Shown here one piece after another: positions 1 to 12,340 of a stretch of 64,000 nucleotides of DNA. The notes below the pieces were generated by a model. The model was given only the letters and a program-made list of their open reading frames with translations, had not been told where the DNA came from and made no database searches. Each line of letters begins with the position of its first letter. Position 1 is the stretch's first letter. The position numbers and the translations under genes were made by a program. Source of the stretch: Octopus bimaculoides. Lineage: Eukaryota. The stretch is taken from NCBI RefSeq assembly GCF_001194135.2, contig NC_068989.1:55426307-55490306 (forward strand), given 5' to 3'.

Positions 1-32
<32 letters not shown>

Positions 33-35
<3 letters not shown>

Positions 36-171
36 TCATCATCATTGTTTAACATCCGCTTTCCATGCTGGCATGGGTTGGATAGTTTGATGAGTACTGG
101 TGAGCCAGAGACTGCACCAGGCTCAATCTGATCTGGCAAGGTTTCTACAGCTGGATGGCCTTCCAATGCCA
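33..171 (-). mobile_element. Repeat family C (retroposon 3' end with (GAT)n tail)
   Basis: catcatcatt gtttaacatccgctttccatgctggcatgggttgga...ggtttctacagctggatg; many copies in the window. Confidence 0.8.
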
Positions 172-1878
172 CTTCATATAGACAGGGAGGGGAGAATTCA
201 GAGACAGGAGATAGACAGAGAGTAATTGAGGTAAGATGCAGATAGAATGTAAGAAAGACAGACAGAAAGAAGAGACATGAGGCATTCAGGGAGGAAGTGA
301 GGTAAGATACAGATAGAAAGTAAGAGAGACAGACAGAATGAAGAGACTGATGTGTAAATAGTCATAAATGTATGACGATTATTATAAAAGGCCCTATTCA
401 AAGGGTTACAGTTTTCCATTGTGATATAACCATGTCCATTGCAAATAACTCTTATGACAAGACTATATGTTCTGGATACAGAATAAAAACCACAAAAAAG
501 AGTCCTAAGACAAGCAGATTCATTGAACAATCACATGTAAGAACACCTGCAGTGAGCGTACAGTCAAAATTCTAATAACACCAAAGACATTAGATGTCTT
601 TATATCCACATGGTTTTATTATCTTATACAGATATTATTTAACTTCTTCAATTTTTATTACCTGTTTTCTTTTGGTTGGTACAAGTTAAAACAAGTCTAT
701 TCAACATCCAAAATTCTAGTTTAAATTTTTTTGATTTGGCTTCAACTTTGCCTTTTTCTCATTCAACTAATCACTGCCTATGTCACTATCAATAATAATA
801 ATTGCTTCTAATTTAGGCACAAGGCCAGTAATTCCACGAGGAGAGGCTTAGTTGATTACATTGATTTTGGTACTAGTGATTAGGAAAGAGATCAGTGCTC
901 ATGACCAACAAGTCAAGACTTCTAAGACTGGAGGGGGAGCAAGAGGGAGGAAAGTATCCTTAAACCAGAAACCTAACTTATATGCTTACAAAAGAATAGC
1001 ATGAACTCCAGTAAAGGTACCCAAGAGCTAGATACTGGTGTTCAACTGAGCAATGAAATAACTCTGTCACGTAGGTCACAGTAGGGTTTGAACTTGAGAC
1101 AAAGAATTGGAATACTGCAGAGAATTTTGTCCAATGCTCTAATGCTACATACAGTCAATTCAATACCTAAACCTGGAGGAACTTCTTTATTAGCTGATGT
1201 AATTGCATAGAGTTTTCTCTTCCAGTTTGTGACTTGTGCTTTTCTTGGCAAACACAGGATTACAAGAACACCATTGTGAAACCACAGACTTTTGACCAGA
1301 CTACTCAAAGAGATCAACATAGTTGGTAGCAGTAAATCATTTCTCTTTTCCTTTTCCTTCACCCTCCACTACCTATCATAACCACGAAAATAATTTTGCG
1401 TAAAGAACAAGATTCAATATCTTCTTCCTTCATAAACAATAAAGGTGGACCTTGACCCAACAACGATACTACCTATCACTCCCTGTTAACACACAAACAC
1501 TGTGTCCCATTTCCAAGAATTGCAACCCGATTATCAACTATTGGTCTTCTGCCTTCACTTTCAGCTAGAAAATAGCCATAAACAGAGTGTGTGTGCGTGC
1601 GTGCATGAACATATGTTTGTTTTTGTATGTCATCACCATACTGATGCCATTTGACAGTAGTTGTAACACTTATGTCCACCATAAACAGTATACCCTGCAG
1701 CTCAGCTATTCAACATGTGTAGGTCAGTGAAACAAAGTATGTTTCTTGAAAAAAAAAACAGGTTATAATCAGCACCAGAAGGTCTCATTGAACTCATCAT
1801 CATCATGGCAAATATATATACACACTCTCAAACTAATACAAGATTAAGCTCGAAGTATATATAAATATTTAATGTATG

Positions 1879-1928
<50 letters not shown>

Positions 1929-2131
1929 CATAAACATGCACACACACACACACATATATATATATATACAGAGTTCATTGATAGCCATGAAGGTGGTATA
2001 CCCTCCAATTCTCATACATACCAAGAAGAATGACAAAAAAACTCTGTAAGTGATGTGAACAGCCCAAGAATTATGCAGGGGAATGTGCAGGTACATTATA
2101 GGAATATTTGTACATTATAAGTAAACGTATA

Positions 2132-2543
2132 AGGCGTAGGAGTGGCTGAGTGGTAAGTAGCTTGCTTACCAACCACATAGTCCCGGGTTCAGTCCCACTG
2201 CGTGGCATCTTGGGCAAGTGTCTTCTACTATAGCCTCGGGCCGACCAAAGCCTTGTGAGTGGATTTGGTAGACGGAAACTGAAAGAAGCCTGTCGTATAT
2301 GTGTATATATATATATGTATGTGTGTATGTGTTTGTATGTCTGTGTTTGTCCCCCCAACATCGCTTGACAACCGATGCTGGTGTGTTTATGTCCCCGTCA
2401 CTTAGCGGTTCGGCAAAAGAGACCGATAGAATAAGTACTAGGCTTCCAAAGAATAAGTCCTGAGGTCGATTTGCTCGACTAAAGGCGGTGCTCCAGCATG
2501 GCCACAGTCAAAAGACTGAAACAAGTAAAAGAGTAAAAGAGTA
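2132..2543 (+). mobile_element. tRNA-derived SINE family A, full-length young copy (~410 bp)
   Basis: Pol III A-box-like gtggctgagtggtaag and B-box-like ggttcagtccc, internal (TA/TG) microsatellite, aagagtaa tail repeat. Close inverted copy at 11186-11581. Confidence 0.9.
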
Positions 2544-3125
2544 TACTTTAGGTTAATTTGTACCAATATATGCACGTTACATGACATTTATATATACTTA
2601 ACAAAAGGGAACAAGAAAGTCTGGAGGAAATAGGAAATAGCCTGGATAAGTAGAAAAGGAAATCTCAGGAATTCAGTGCTGTGTAATCAGTTCAAAGATC
2701 TAAGAGGCAAGAAATGCTGTAAGAAAGAGATAGTTAAAGACACAGGTGTCAGCTGGTAAAGAATTTTGGTAAAAGAGACTAATCCTACTAGTGACACATT
2801 CATTTACGGTTGAGAGTAGCTTGGAAAATGCTCTTTCAAAGTTAAATGATGAAATATGCAAATGAAGCATTACTGTTGCCTTCTTGACAAGGAAGTTTAG
2901 GGTAGAAAGGATTAGGTGTAACCACTAGTGTAGGGCTTGGATGGAATAGACATATATGGGTCATGAAAGACAAGACAAATATGTGTGTGTGTGTACTTTC
3001 TACTATAGGTACAAGGCTTGGAATTTGGGGGAGGGGGAGTCAATTACATTGACCCCAAAAGGGGCTGACCTCAGCAGAATTCTTTTATTTCTTTTGCTTT
3101 TTACCCTTTCGAGGTCAATAAATGA

Positions 3126-3349
3126 ATAATAATAATCCTTTCTACTATAAGCACAAGGGCTGAAATTTGGGGGAAGGGATTAAATCGATTACATCAACCC
3201 CAGTGCATAACTGGTACTTGTTTAATCAACCCTGAAAGGATGAAAGGCAAAGTCAACCTCAGCAGAATTTGAGCTCAGAACGTAGCGCTAGACAAAATAC
3301 CACTAAGCATTTCACCTGGCATGCTAATGATTCTGCCAGCTTGCCACCT
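3126..3349 (-). mobile_element. tRNA-derived SINE family B
   Basis: Minus-strand head ggtggcaagctggcagaatcattagc...ttctgagctcaaattc, conserved central block gcctttcatcctttc.gggt.gat (Meta-domain-like; unverified), (TAT)n tail. Confidence 0.85.
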
Positions 3350-3351
3350 TG

Positions 3352-3421
<70 letters not shown>

Positions 3422-3441
3422 TAACAATTATAATAATAATA
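3352..3441. repeat. (AAT)n microsatellite, SINE B tail-associated
   Basis: Read directly from the sequence. Confidence 0.95.
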
Positions 3442-3731
3442 AATGGGTGTAAATTGTAGAAATAGTTAACTTATACTTGAAGATGTAAAGAGCAGTCAAG
3501 TTCCATTAGCTAAAATGGTTCAAAAGCAGGGGAGAAAAATCAAAAAGGATGACTATTTGTTCTGAGATTAGGTGAAAAATGCTAGTATCCATGTCAAGAA
3601 TAGCACTTCATATAGACAGGGAGGGGAGAATTCAAGAGTAGGTTATCAAAACATAGGTCAATTATGTATGCTTTGTTTAATAAAAAGGTATTTATTGGTT
3701 CCAAGACAATGCAAAGCATTATTAATGAAGT

Positions 3732-3977
3732 ACATTATTTACACTGGACGGATATGTGTCCTCATTTTGTTTGTTGTTACCACAATGCTTCGGCTGATTT
3801 ACACTCCAGCATTCATCAGGTGTCCTGGTAGAATTTTGAACCCAGGACACCTGATGAAGACTGGAGTGTAAATCAGCCGAAACATTGTGGTAACAACAAA
3901 CAAGATGAGGACACATATCCGTCCAATGTAAATAATGTAAATAATGTACAGAATTCCTCATCTCTAAAATATAGAAC
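3732..3977. mobile_element. Long palindromic element (~97 bp arms) with Penelope-type minimal hammerhead motifs
   Basis: Arms 3732-3828 and 3842-3938 are near-perfect inverted repeats. The right arm reads gacac-CTGATGA-ag.ctg...cagcc-GAAAC. Second copy at 57288. Confidence 0.75.
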
Positions 3978-4447
3978 AGTATTGTTAATAAAGGTTTAAC
4001 AATGCTATAAAAGAACCAAGAATAGTTCTTACTATTGAAAAACAAAATGAAATATAAATAAAGCAATGAGGAACCTCAACTTCAATCCTCAGTCAGAGGG
4101 AGCAACTTAAGGGTTGAGAAACCTCTGAATGGCTCCTTCAGTTGCTGACAGAGCTTCTAAGGGATCACTGAAATATAAGGCATACATGATTTGCCCTCAA
4201 ATCATACTTTGTCATCTTAAAAAGAAAGGACACATTGGACAAGTAATCCTATATATATATATATATACCTGAATATATATATATGAAAGTGGGCTAGTCA
4301 CAACTAGAATGTCTTGAATCAGAGCTAATCTGGAACTAAACAATATCTATGAAAATGGTAGGTCATAATTTTACAAGTAGATATCATAGGATTATTAGTA
4401 CATAGATTGGTTTATAAACAGATAATTGAAATCCTTCATTGACTTAC

Positions 4448-4585
4448 TTTTGCCTGATTTCCCAAGCAAACATCTGAGGGTTTTCATTTTTATATTGTCG
4501 CACCTTATTTACTACATCTGGCGTAGTTACCTTTGGCTTACTGCCACCAATTTGTCCAGGATTGATACTGCCTGTTTTACGATAC
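4448..4585 (-). CDS. Paxbeta: Paired-box exon 2 (linker + RED helices): [47 protein letters not shown]
   Basis: Matches paired-domain consensus [16 protein letters not shown]...MFAWEIR. Acceptor ttctctttcttgtag| and donor AA|GTAAGT. 138 nt, phase 2-2, in frame with the 17450-17615 exon. Confidence 0.96.
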
Positions 4586-7500
4586 CTACAAGAAAGAGAA
4601 GCACAAATACAAGTAGTTATTACAATAGTTAAAATAAACATTTGATATTTTTCCTCTAGGGAAATTTTTAAATTGTACTTGAAAAAACAAAAGTTTTTTA
4701 CCAAAACAACCTGCATACAAGTTATTGATATTTTACTTTTGTAGTTGTCCACTGAATTTATCCATCTATTCTTTGATTTATACTGCTTCAATAGAGTTTA
4801 TCAACACTGTGTTGTCATATATTATATTCATATTTGTTAAGAAACCTAAATTGACCCAATCACCGCATCATGTAAATACTCTTTACCACTCTTAGCTTCC
4901 CTAATATTTAAATTTTGTCCATTCAGTAACCTTACTTGCTATCAACAATCTCTCACTTGGTTTTAATACCATTACCTGACTCCTTTGGTACCATTATTAG
5001 AGACCATCCTGTTGCAAGCAGATCCCTGGTCCGAGGAGGATTTCCATCCTCCAGTAACAAACACCCTGAAAACAGTCATGGGTGCTGATATTCTGCCTTA
5101 AACTAAGCAAGGGTTCCCAACTTGAGATATCTGTACCCTCTGGGGGTGCAAGATGGCATTTCAGAGGGTGTGACAAAGAAAATAAAATCTGTATACGTTA
5201 CTAAAATCACATTTCAGTATGAAATTATTAATGAACTCTTACAAGTAGCTTTATTCTGTTGAGCATACCAAGAAGTTTATTATCCTACATGCATGAATCA
5301 GGATTTAGTTCTCTTTTGTCAATCAAGACAATATCTAAGAATTGCCTGGATTCACAGACAGACCTGCAGACTGCAACCATCAAGAAAGTCTCATGTTTTG
5401 ATGAAGTCATGAGTGAGAAGTAAAAACAAAGAAATCATTGAATTTTAGGTTCACAATTGTGATTGATTTCACCATTTTACAGCGACATTTATACATATCA
5501 AACAAAGACACTTCCCACTCTTCTTACAAACGAGCTTTACATTCAAGAATCTCATTTGCTACACACTTTGAGAATATCTACCTCCACGAAGCATGTCTGT
5601 AAAACACACGATTACAATTGTTTAAAAATGTACTCTTGAGATTTTGGCGATTCTTTAAGATCTGGTTATTCAGTCCAGTATAGCTGGTTGATCTCTACTA
5701 ACATTTCAGTCATTTGAATCTTACTTTCATTTATTGTATCAACTTTACCACTTACACTTTGTCATTTATATTATATATTACTCATAAAATTCTTTTTTTG
5801 AGTATTATATACAACACTTCTTCCATAAGCCCATATCCAATTGAGATGACAAGCTCAAATATTCCCATACTAAATCCTCCAAATACAATATCAAACCTGC
5901 TTGATTCATCATCCTTCTCATTTTTCCCTCTTCATATCATAACAGCAAAATTTTTTTAATGTAATTGGAAGCTGGATGGTTAAGTTGTAAAGAATCTTTC
6001 TCTTAGTCATAAAATTCAGTGTTATTAGTAATTAGTGTTATATTGTCACATGTGAATATTAGAAAGAGAGGATTAGCTATAAACTTGTTTAATTATTCAT
6101 ACAAATCTTAGGAGTAGAAGAGTTAATGTCGAATGATTACTTTTAAAATTGTTAAAATAATATTTCACAAGATTGAAAAAAAAAAAGGAAAACTCTAAGT
6201 ATACAATAGTAATATACTTCCTAATAATTTGTTTAAAAGTTTATTCATAATTAGTATCAGCAAAGAGAAAACAATGATATTTCATCCCTGAATCTGAATT
6301 GTCACTTCAAGAAAATATCTGTATAATGGTTGCAATATGCACAGACTATGTTTAATGTTGTCCAATGGTTGAACATAAAAAAACTGGTGTGCTTACAATG
6401 TTTGCTATTGTAGAATAATTAGTTATGGGACAGATGTATATTTGTTTTACACTTAAAGACAAACTTGAAATATAAGGTCTAGCTCTGTCCACTTTCCCCA
6501 GAAGATTAATTGTTTTTATCAAAGCAGAATGGAAGAGTTTAAGATAGTGGACAACTGATCATATAGTCATGAATATAAGTTGTACAACAGCATCAGCCAA
6601 ATCACATAAATTAATTTGATTTAGTTTATCCAATATTTTAAACTTGACAACAGGTTCTACCAGCTACCTAATGACTGACTGGTAGAAGGGCAATCAGCTA
6701 TAAAAACAATAGTTATAAAAATACAATGCTAACACAGAAAAACTGCATTTTTCAAGCTTGATCACACTGAGCAGCATTTTGGGCAAGTGTCTTCTACCAT
6801 AGCCTAGGAGTAACGGAAGCTCTGTGAATGAAATTTGACAGAGAGAAACTATATGGAAGCTTGTTGAAAGGACTGTTGCTGTTCTAAGAAGATTGATTTA
6901 ATCATTCACCACCTTCAACACCAACACCTGGCCATTGGATGGCCTTAACAGGGTCGATTTGGTGCAAGCATTTGGAACAGGTTTCCAGTTTGAGGATAAT
7001 TTCCTCCCCAAAATTGATTGGAGGGCTTCACAGCATCAATGACTCTTCAAAAGAGTCACATATGCTACTTGCTCTCCTCTGACTAATAATTAAAAACAAA
7101 TATGTCTCAGACACATTAAAAGATTGTGTCACAAAATGCAGCAACCTGAAGTTAGCAGAAATCAATCATTTAATTAACTCCCAAGTTTTGACTATGTCAT
7201 TCCAGAGATTATGATTTGGAAAATAGTTGCTACATTTTAGAATATAATGCTTTATTTTAGGAATATTTAGTCTATTGCTATGCAAATGTGAGTTAAATCC
7301 GACTTTAGAGTGAATGTTCTTTGTAAGTCTCCATGCCGGTGTAGAGGTTAGCACAGAATAAATAGCAGTGAATGTTTCCAGACTTTTGCAAAGATAACAG
7401 TGCACTGGCAGTAATTTCCTAAATGCATTTTAACAAATACCATGTAATGGGATGGAGTGGGGAGGGATACACAACATATGATGGATGGTCTCACTAACAG

Positions 7501-7974
7501 AGAACAGCTGTGTATACACATGCATATGTGAAAAGTGTGAAAGTGCGTGTATGTGCATACACACACACACACATATACTGGACAGGTTGTCATAGTCTGA
7601 GTCAGCTCTTATTTGAAGTTACTACCATCTACCATCATGAAGTTACTTACCAATGAATCAAGGGACCACATTTTGCTTGTAAATTCTATTTGGGCATGGT
7701 TTTAAGGCTGCATGTCCTTCCAAACTCTAACCACTCCAATCTGACCACTGCCTCGGCCCAACATACATACTACATGGTGTGTGTATCCACCCACCAAGTC
7801 AACTAATTCATCAGTTTGATGCTTCACACACATTCTTCACTCCCAACTCAATAGAAATAGTTAGGCAGGTACCCCTAACTACCCTTTTAGGCTTGTCTTT
7901 TCACATTCCACACACAACTTAACTTAATGTCCCAAGTCCATCATATGATTTCCTCACAGCTGGAGCATCTCATA

Positions 7975-8050
<76 letters not shown>

Positions 8051-8102
8051 AACATGGTGGTGGTTGTCTACTCTTTATGCAGAGTCTGACCACCTCCTGT
8101 AC

Positions 8103-8414
8103 CTACACCTTAGAACCGTCATGGCATCTGATGTGGCTTTTTAAACCAGACAATGTTCTGAAAAGATACCCACATAGATTACATTTCCGTTTTGGACCAC
8201 TAATAGCTACAGATAAGTTCTGATTTTGGTGGGTCTTAAAATGTCTTTTGAGGCCTCCGTTAGATATGCAAACCTTCTGGCAGACATTGCATTGAAATGT
8301 GTGCACAGACATATAGGCAGAACAGATGGTGAAGATTTGTTTTGCATGGGTTCAGAAATGAGATTTGAGCCCTGCAAAAGAAAGGCATGGTCTGTCACAA
8401 ACTGTGCATACAAA
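8103..8414 (-). pseudogene. Orphan triple C2H2 zinc-finger remnant, probably the 3' end of an RTE-type LINE
   Basis: One frame gives CTVCDRPCLSFAGLKSHF*TH, CNVCQKVCISNGGLKRHFKTH and CNLCGYLFRTLSGLKSHIRCH. TGA at 8352-8354; no TGEKP linkers; microsatellites on both sides. Confidence 0.7.
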
Positions 8415-9643
8415 CATACACACACACATATCTATATATATATGTTGGAACCCAGTGCAGCTCTCCAGTATCAGTCAAGGATAGATAGGTACAAATACAT
8501 AAATACAATATATGCCTCTACAGACAGACAGAGGGACGGACACACACACACACATGTGAAATGATGGTATTCATGCAGCATTTTGGTGCACACATTTTAG
8601 AGTTAAGTGTGTGTGTACGCAACACCTCTGAAAGATTACATCACAATTTTACAGAGTTTAACACTATCTGCCTCTTGTAAGTCCTGCCAGGCTTATCATT
8701 AAGATAACTAACAGGATCTATGTAGAAATAATGGAACTATGAAGGATTACCTTTCACAGAACATTCATAGCATCCTGGTTGATTAATTGCAGCATCTGTC
8801 ATAAAACTCGCACAGACATGTTTAACATCAAACCAAAGATAAAAGAACACAAAACATGAGAAAAACAAGACTATTGTTTTTATATTTTGGCAGTGCATTC
8901 ATGAACAGTATTTGTTTTGTATCTTAAAAATACATACACTAAGAACTATAATTATTGTTTAATGTTAAATATTCATTAAAGAGAAATATTATAATGCTAA
9001 TTGGATCCTAGATAGTAAAGTTACTTTGGCTTTTAAAAATTTTAAAGATTTGAGAAGCTCATTCTAAAGAGATATACATAGGGATTTTTTCATAAGATTA
9101 GACTCTTTTTTTTTTTTTAATGCTATGTGTAAGTCAGTTTTAGAATAAATACACCACATTCTTGCATATTGTAAGAGATGGCTGAAAGGATTGGCAACAG
9201 GAAAGGCAATGAGCCATAAAGTACTGCCTCAGAAATCCTATCCACTGCAAGCCAGCATGGATAAGCAGATGCAAAATCATAATGACTGATTACAATGAGG
9301 ATGATGATGATTGATGATGGTGGCAGTGGAGGACTCTATTTCTAAACCATTTCAATACTTAGATTCCTAGATGGTATGAAACAGTAGAAGTAGTCAGTCT
9401 GAAGAGAAGAATGCAACATGGCATGATCTGCAAACTCTACCCACATAAGAAACACTATCATCAAATATCATAATTGTGATTAGATATTAAATGTTAAAGA
9501 GATCTCTAGAGAAATTCCATTCCGAAAATTCACTTCAGTCCATCAGTGGAAATTATTATCATAGGTAGTGTTTCTGCATTTTCTACACACGTACAATTCA
9601 AATTTATTTCTCTAACCACATATTAATTATGGATATTTATTAC

Positions 9644-9866
9644 TTAACTCTTTTGATTCTAACCCACCTGGAACTGCCCCTAATTCCATGATACAAAATT
9701 TCATGTCTTGAAGTGAATCAAAATGAAAACCTTCCATCAAAATATGTTAATTTATGTTCCAAAACCAGCTTCATAAAAATAGTTATTTTACTAAATTCTT
9801 TCTAATTTTCAAAATCAATTGAAACAGGGGCAGTGTATTTCAACAGAAATAGGACAAGGAGGTTAA
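9644..9866. mobile_element. piggyBac-type MITE, family 2
   Basis: ttaactcttttga...aaggaggttaa ends; related copy at 40765-40957 (ttccaaa.cagc, aattgaaaca, atttcaac). Confidence 0.55.
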
Positions 9867-9964
9867 GTAAGTTATTAAAACATTAAAAAGATATTCAGTA
9901 AATATAAATTCTAAACAAAAATTCTTGATTACCAGAGTTATCGGATGAGTTAGACATCTAAATG

Positions 9965-10715
9965 GTTCCTGTGAAATACTAACAGAGAAAGTTAAGCTAT
10001 CAACACATATCTCATGAAACAAATTAGGGCGGTAACACCATCAATACAAATCCTGTAAAATACTAATAAAGTAAGTTAAACTGTTGATACACTTTCTTTG
10101 AAATACTAACCAGGTAAGTTAAACAATTAACATGGTTTCTGTGAAATACTAACAAAAACTTCATTGACTTCAAACAGGCCACATTGCTTTAAACTATATC
10201 ATAAATAGGTTGTGTGGAATCACCTTCATGTCCTTGTGAAAAGTACTGAGAAACATCCTGGTATTATTCATTCAAGAACAAAAATGATTAGTCTGAAAGA
10301 AGTGACAAAGAGAGAGAGACCTAGGCTACCAAAGTTGGAGGTGCAGTTTATTTTCAAGGACCTACCAAGCAGAAGTAAAATCTTCCAATTCATGGAGACT
10401 ACAAAAAGATCTTTCTCTAACTGCACTTTTTAACCCTCCTGCCTTTCTTCTTCTTTTTATATCAGGAGTAATATATATATCTATCTTTCTCTATTCCTCA
10501 GTCTGCCATAGCTAACCAGCTTTGCATGGATGCTTAATTCGACTGAATAAATAAACAGGGAAAATTAAATCCTCAATATACTTTATGTGAAATACTAACA
10601 GAAAAGTTAAACTAGTGACAGAAAATATTAAGAAATCGGCACAGTTCTTGTAAAATACAGAGACTATGAACTCATCAACTCAATTTCTGTAAAATATTAA
10701 CAGAGAAGGTTACAA
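9965..10715. repeat. Degenerate ~43 bp satellite in two blocks (about 9965-10160 and 10580-10715)
   Basis: Recurrent tt(c/a)tgtgaaatactaaca.a.aagttaa motif, about 7 copies. Confidence 0.6.
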
Positions 10716-10759
10716 TTTTACAAGTAGAAGACATTCCTTTTTGTCCAAGACATTCTTTG

Positions 10760-11150
10760 TTTGGTGTAAAAAGAGACTCAACCATGTAGATTTTGGCATG
10801 AACCCATAATGAAAGTTTGTTAAGCCCAAATACTTTCCAATTTCTTCTTTTGACTTAGGAACACTAATCCATTGAATCTTGTTTATTAAACTATGTGATG
10901 GTCTGGGACAATCCTTTAAAAAATTTCATTTCTTGGAAATCTATACAAGCTGCATGATTAATGCATTTATTTGTGTTAATCAATAAAGAGATTCCTTTCA
11001 ATCTAGCAAGAACTGCATTTTCTTGGTTCTTCAACTTATTTTGAGTTGTTGCAAAAAATGAGTATGTAGCTTTGATGGATAGTTATGCTGTTAACTTCTT
11101 TCAATATAGATTCCATCTGCTGTCAGGAACTTGAGCGGTTATTTTTGGGA
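10760..11150 (-). mobile_element. Decayed Gypsy-type LTR retrotransposon reverse transcriptase fragment
   Basis: AVLARLKGISLLINTNKC and VPKSKEEIGKYLGLTNFHYGFMPK match Ty3/Gypsy RT motifs (VLxRLxxxGLxINxxKC; PxTKKELRSFLGLxNYYRRFIP). Confidence 0.65.
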
Positions 11151-11185
11151 CTCAACTAAAGACTATTGACCATTGCTTGCATTTG

Positions 11186-11581
11186 TTACTCTTTTACTTG
11201 TTTCAGTCATTTGACTGTGGCCATGCTGGAGCACCGCCTTTTAGTTGAGCAAATCGACCCCAGGACTTATTCTTTGTAAGCCTGGGACTTACTCGGTCTT
11301 TTTTGCTGAACCGCTAAGTTACGGGGATGTAAACACACCAGCATCAGTTGTCAAGCGATGTTGGGGAGAGGGGGGAACAAACACAGACACAAACATATAT
11401 ACATATATATATATATACAACAGGCTTCTTTCAGTTTCCGACTACCAAATCCACTCACAAGGCTTTGGTCGGCCCAAGGGTATAGTGGAAGACACTTGCC
11501 CAAGGTGCCATGCAATGGGACTGAACCCAGGACCATGTGGTTCATAAGCAAGCTACTTACCACACAGCCACTCCTACGCCT
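11186..11581 (-). mobile_element. tRNA-derived SINE family A, full-length copy
   Basis: Reverse complement aligns end to end with 2132-2543, roughly 85-90% identical by eye. Confidence 0.9.
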
Positions 11582-11898
11582 ATAAAAAATAAGTGGTATC
11601 TCTCGCGAGACGGATTGTGCACATTCTATTAGCTTCTCCATCCAAACCAATCTAATGCTTTAAGTCAATTGAAGAAAAATGTACTTTACTCTTGCTACCT
11701 ATCAATGAACATTGTTCCAAAATGGATCTGAGCAAGAAAAAGTTTGAACATTTAAATGTTTTTTGTACTTTGTTCCCACCCAGACAATTGGTTGTAATGC
11801 ATTGTTGATAGCTTCATAAAGACATGGAATTATAATTCTAGTTACTTCCACACTGAAAAATTCATTATCATTCCTGCCTTTTTTTTTTTTTCTTTTTG

Positions 11899-12110
11899 GT
11901 GTCACATAAAAAGCACCTGTGCCACATAGAAAGCTTCCCTGCTGGTGCTACGTGAAAAACATGCATGCCAGTGCCACATAAAAAGCACACATTACACTCT
12001 GTGAAGTGGTTGGCATCCAGCCATAGAAACCATGCCAAAACAGACACTTGGAACCTGGGCAGCTCTCTGGCTGGTCAGCTCCTGTCAAACTGCCCAACCC
12101 ATGCCAGTAA
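11899..12110 (+). mobile_element. Repeat family C
   Basis: gtgccacataaaaagcac...catccagccatagaaaccatgcc...caacccatgccag. Confidence 0.8.
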
Positions 12111-12340
12111 TAAAATGATAGTGTTATTCTTATTAATGGTAAACACTCAAAAACATAGTAACATTAGAACCCTTTCAAAACGTTTGCACTGAAGCAGCTA
12201 GTTATGAGCTTTTAACCACAATACAGCTGAAGTACTGGGTAAGTTTCTATATTCAAAACCATGAAAAGCTTTTATAGTTAACTCTAGTTTTGATGATTAA
12301 TAATAATTTGATAATTGTGTTAACAACAAAGCAGGAATGG

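Noticed and set aside
1473-1564. Candidate next Pax exon (tttctag|CTGAAAG...GATAG|gtagta)
   Set aside because: In the required phase 2 it gives an immediate TGA and has no similarity to the last paired helix.
2132-2210. tRNA gene
   Set aside because: A/B boxes are present, but it continues into a multi-copy SINE body and I could not fold a full cloverleaf; treated as a SINE head.
3572-4066. Overlapping 99- and 114-aa ORFs (and 57324-57590)
   Set aside because: They arise from the palindromic repeat and show no recognisable protein similarity.
8103-8312. Functional stand-alone C2H2 zinc-finger gene of the cephalopod expansion
   Set aside because: No Kruppel linkers, an in-frame stop in the upstream finger, truncation by a microsatellite, and resemblance to RTE-LINE tails.
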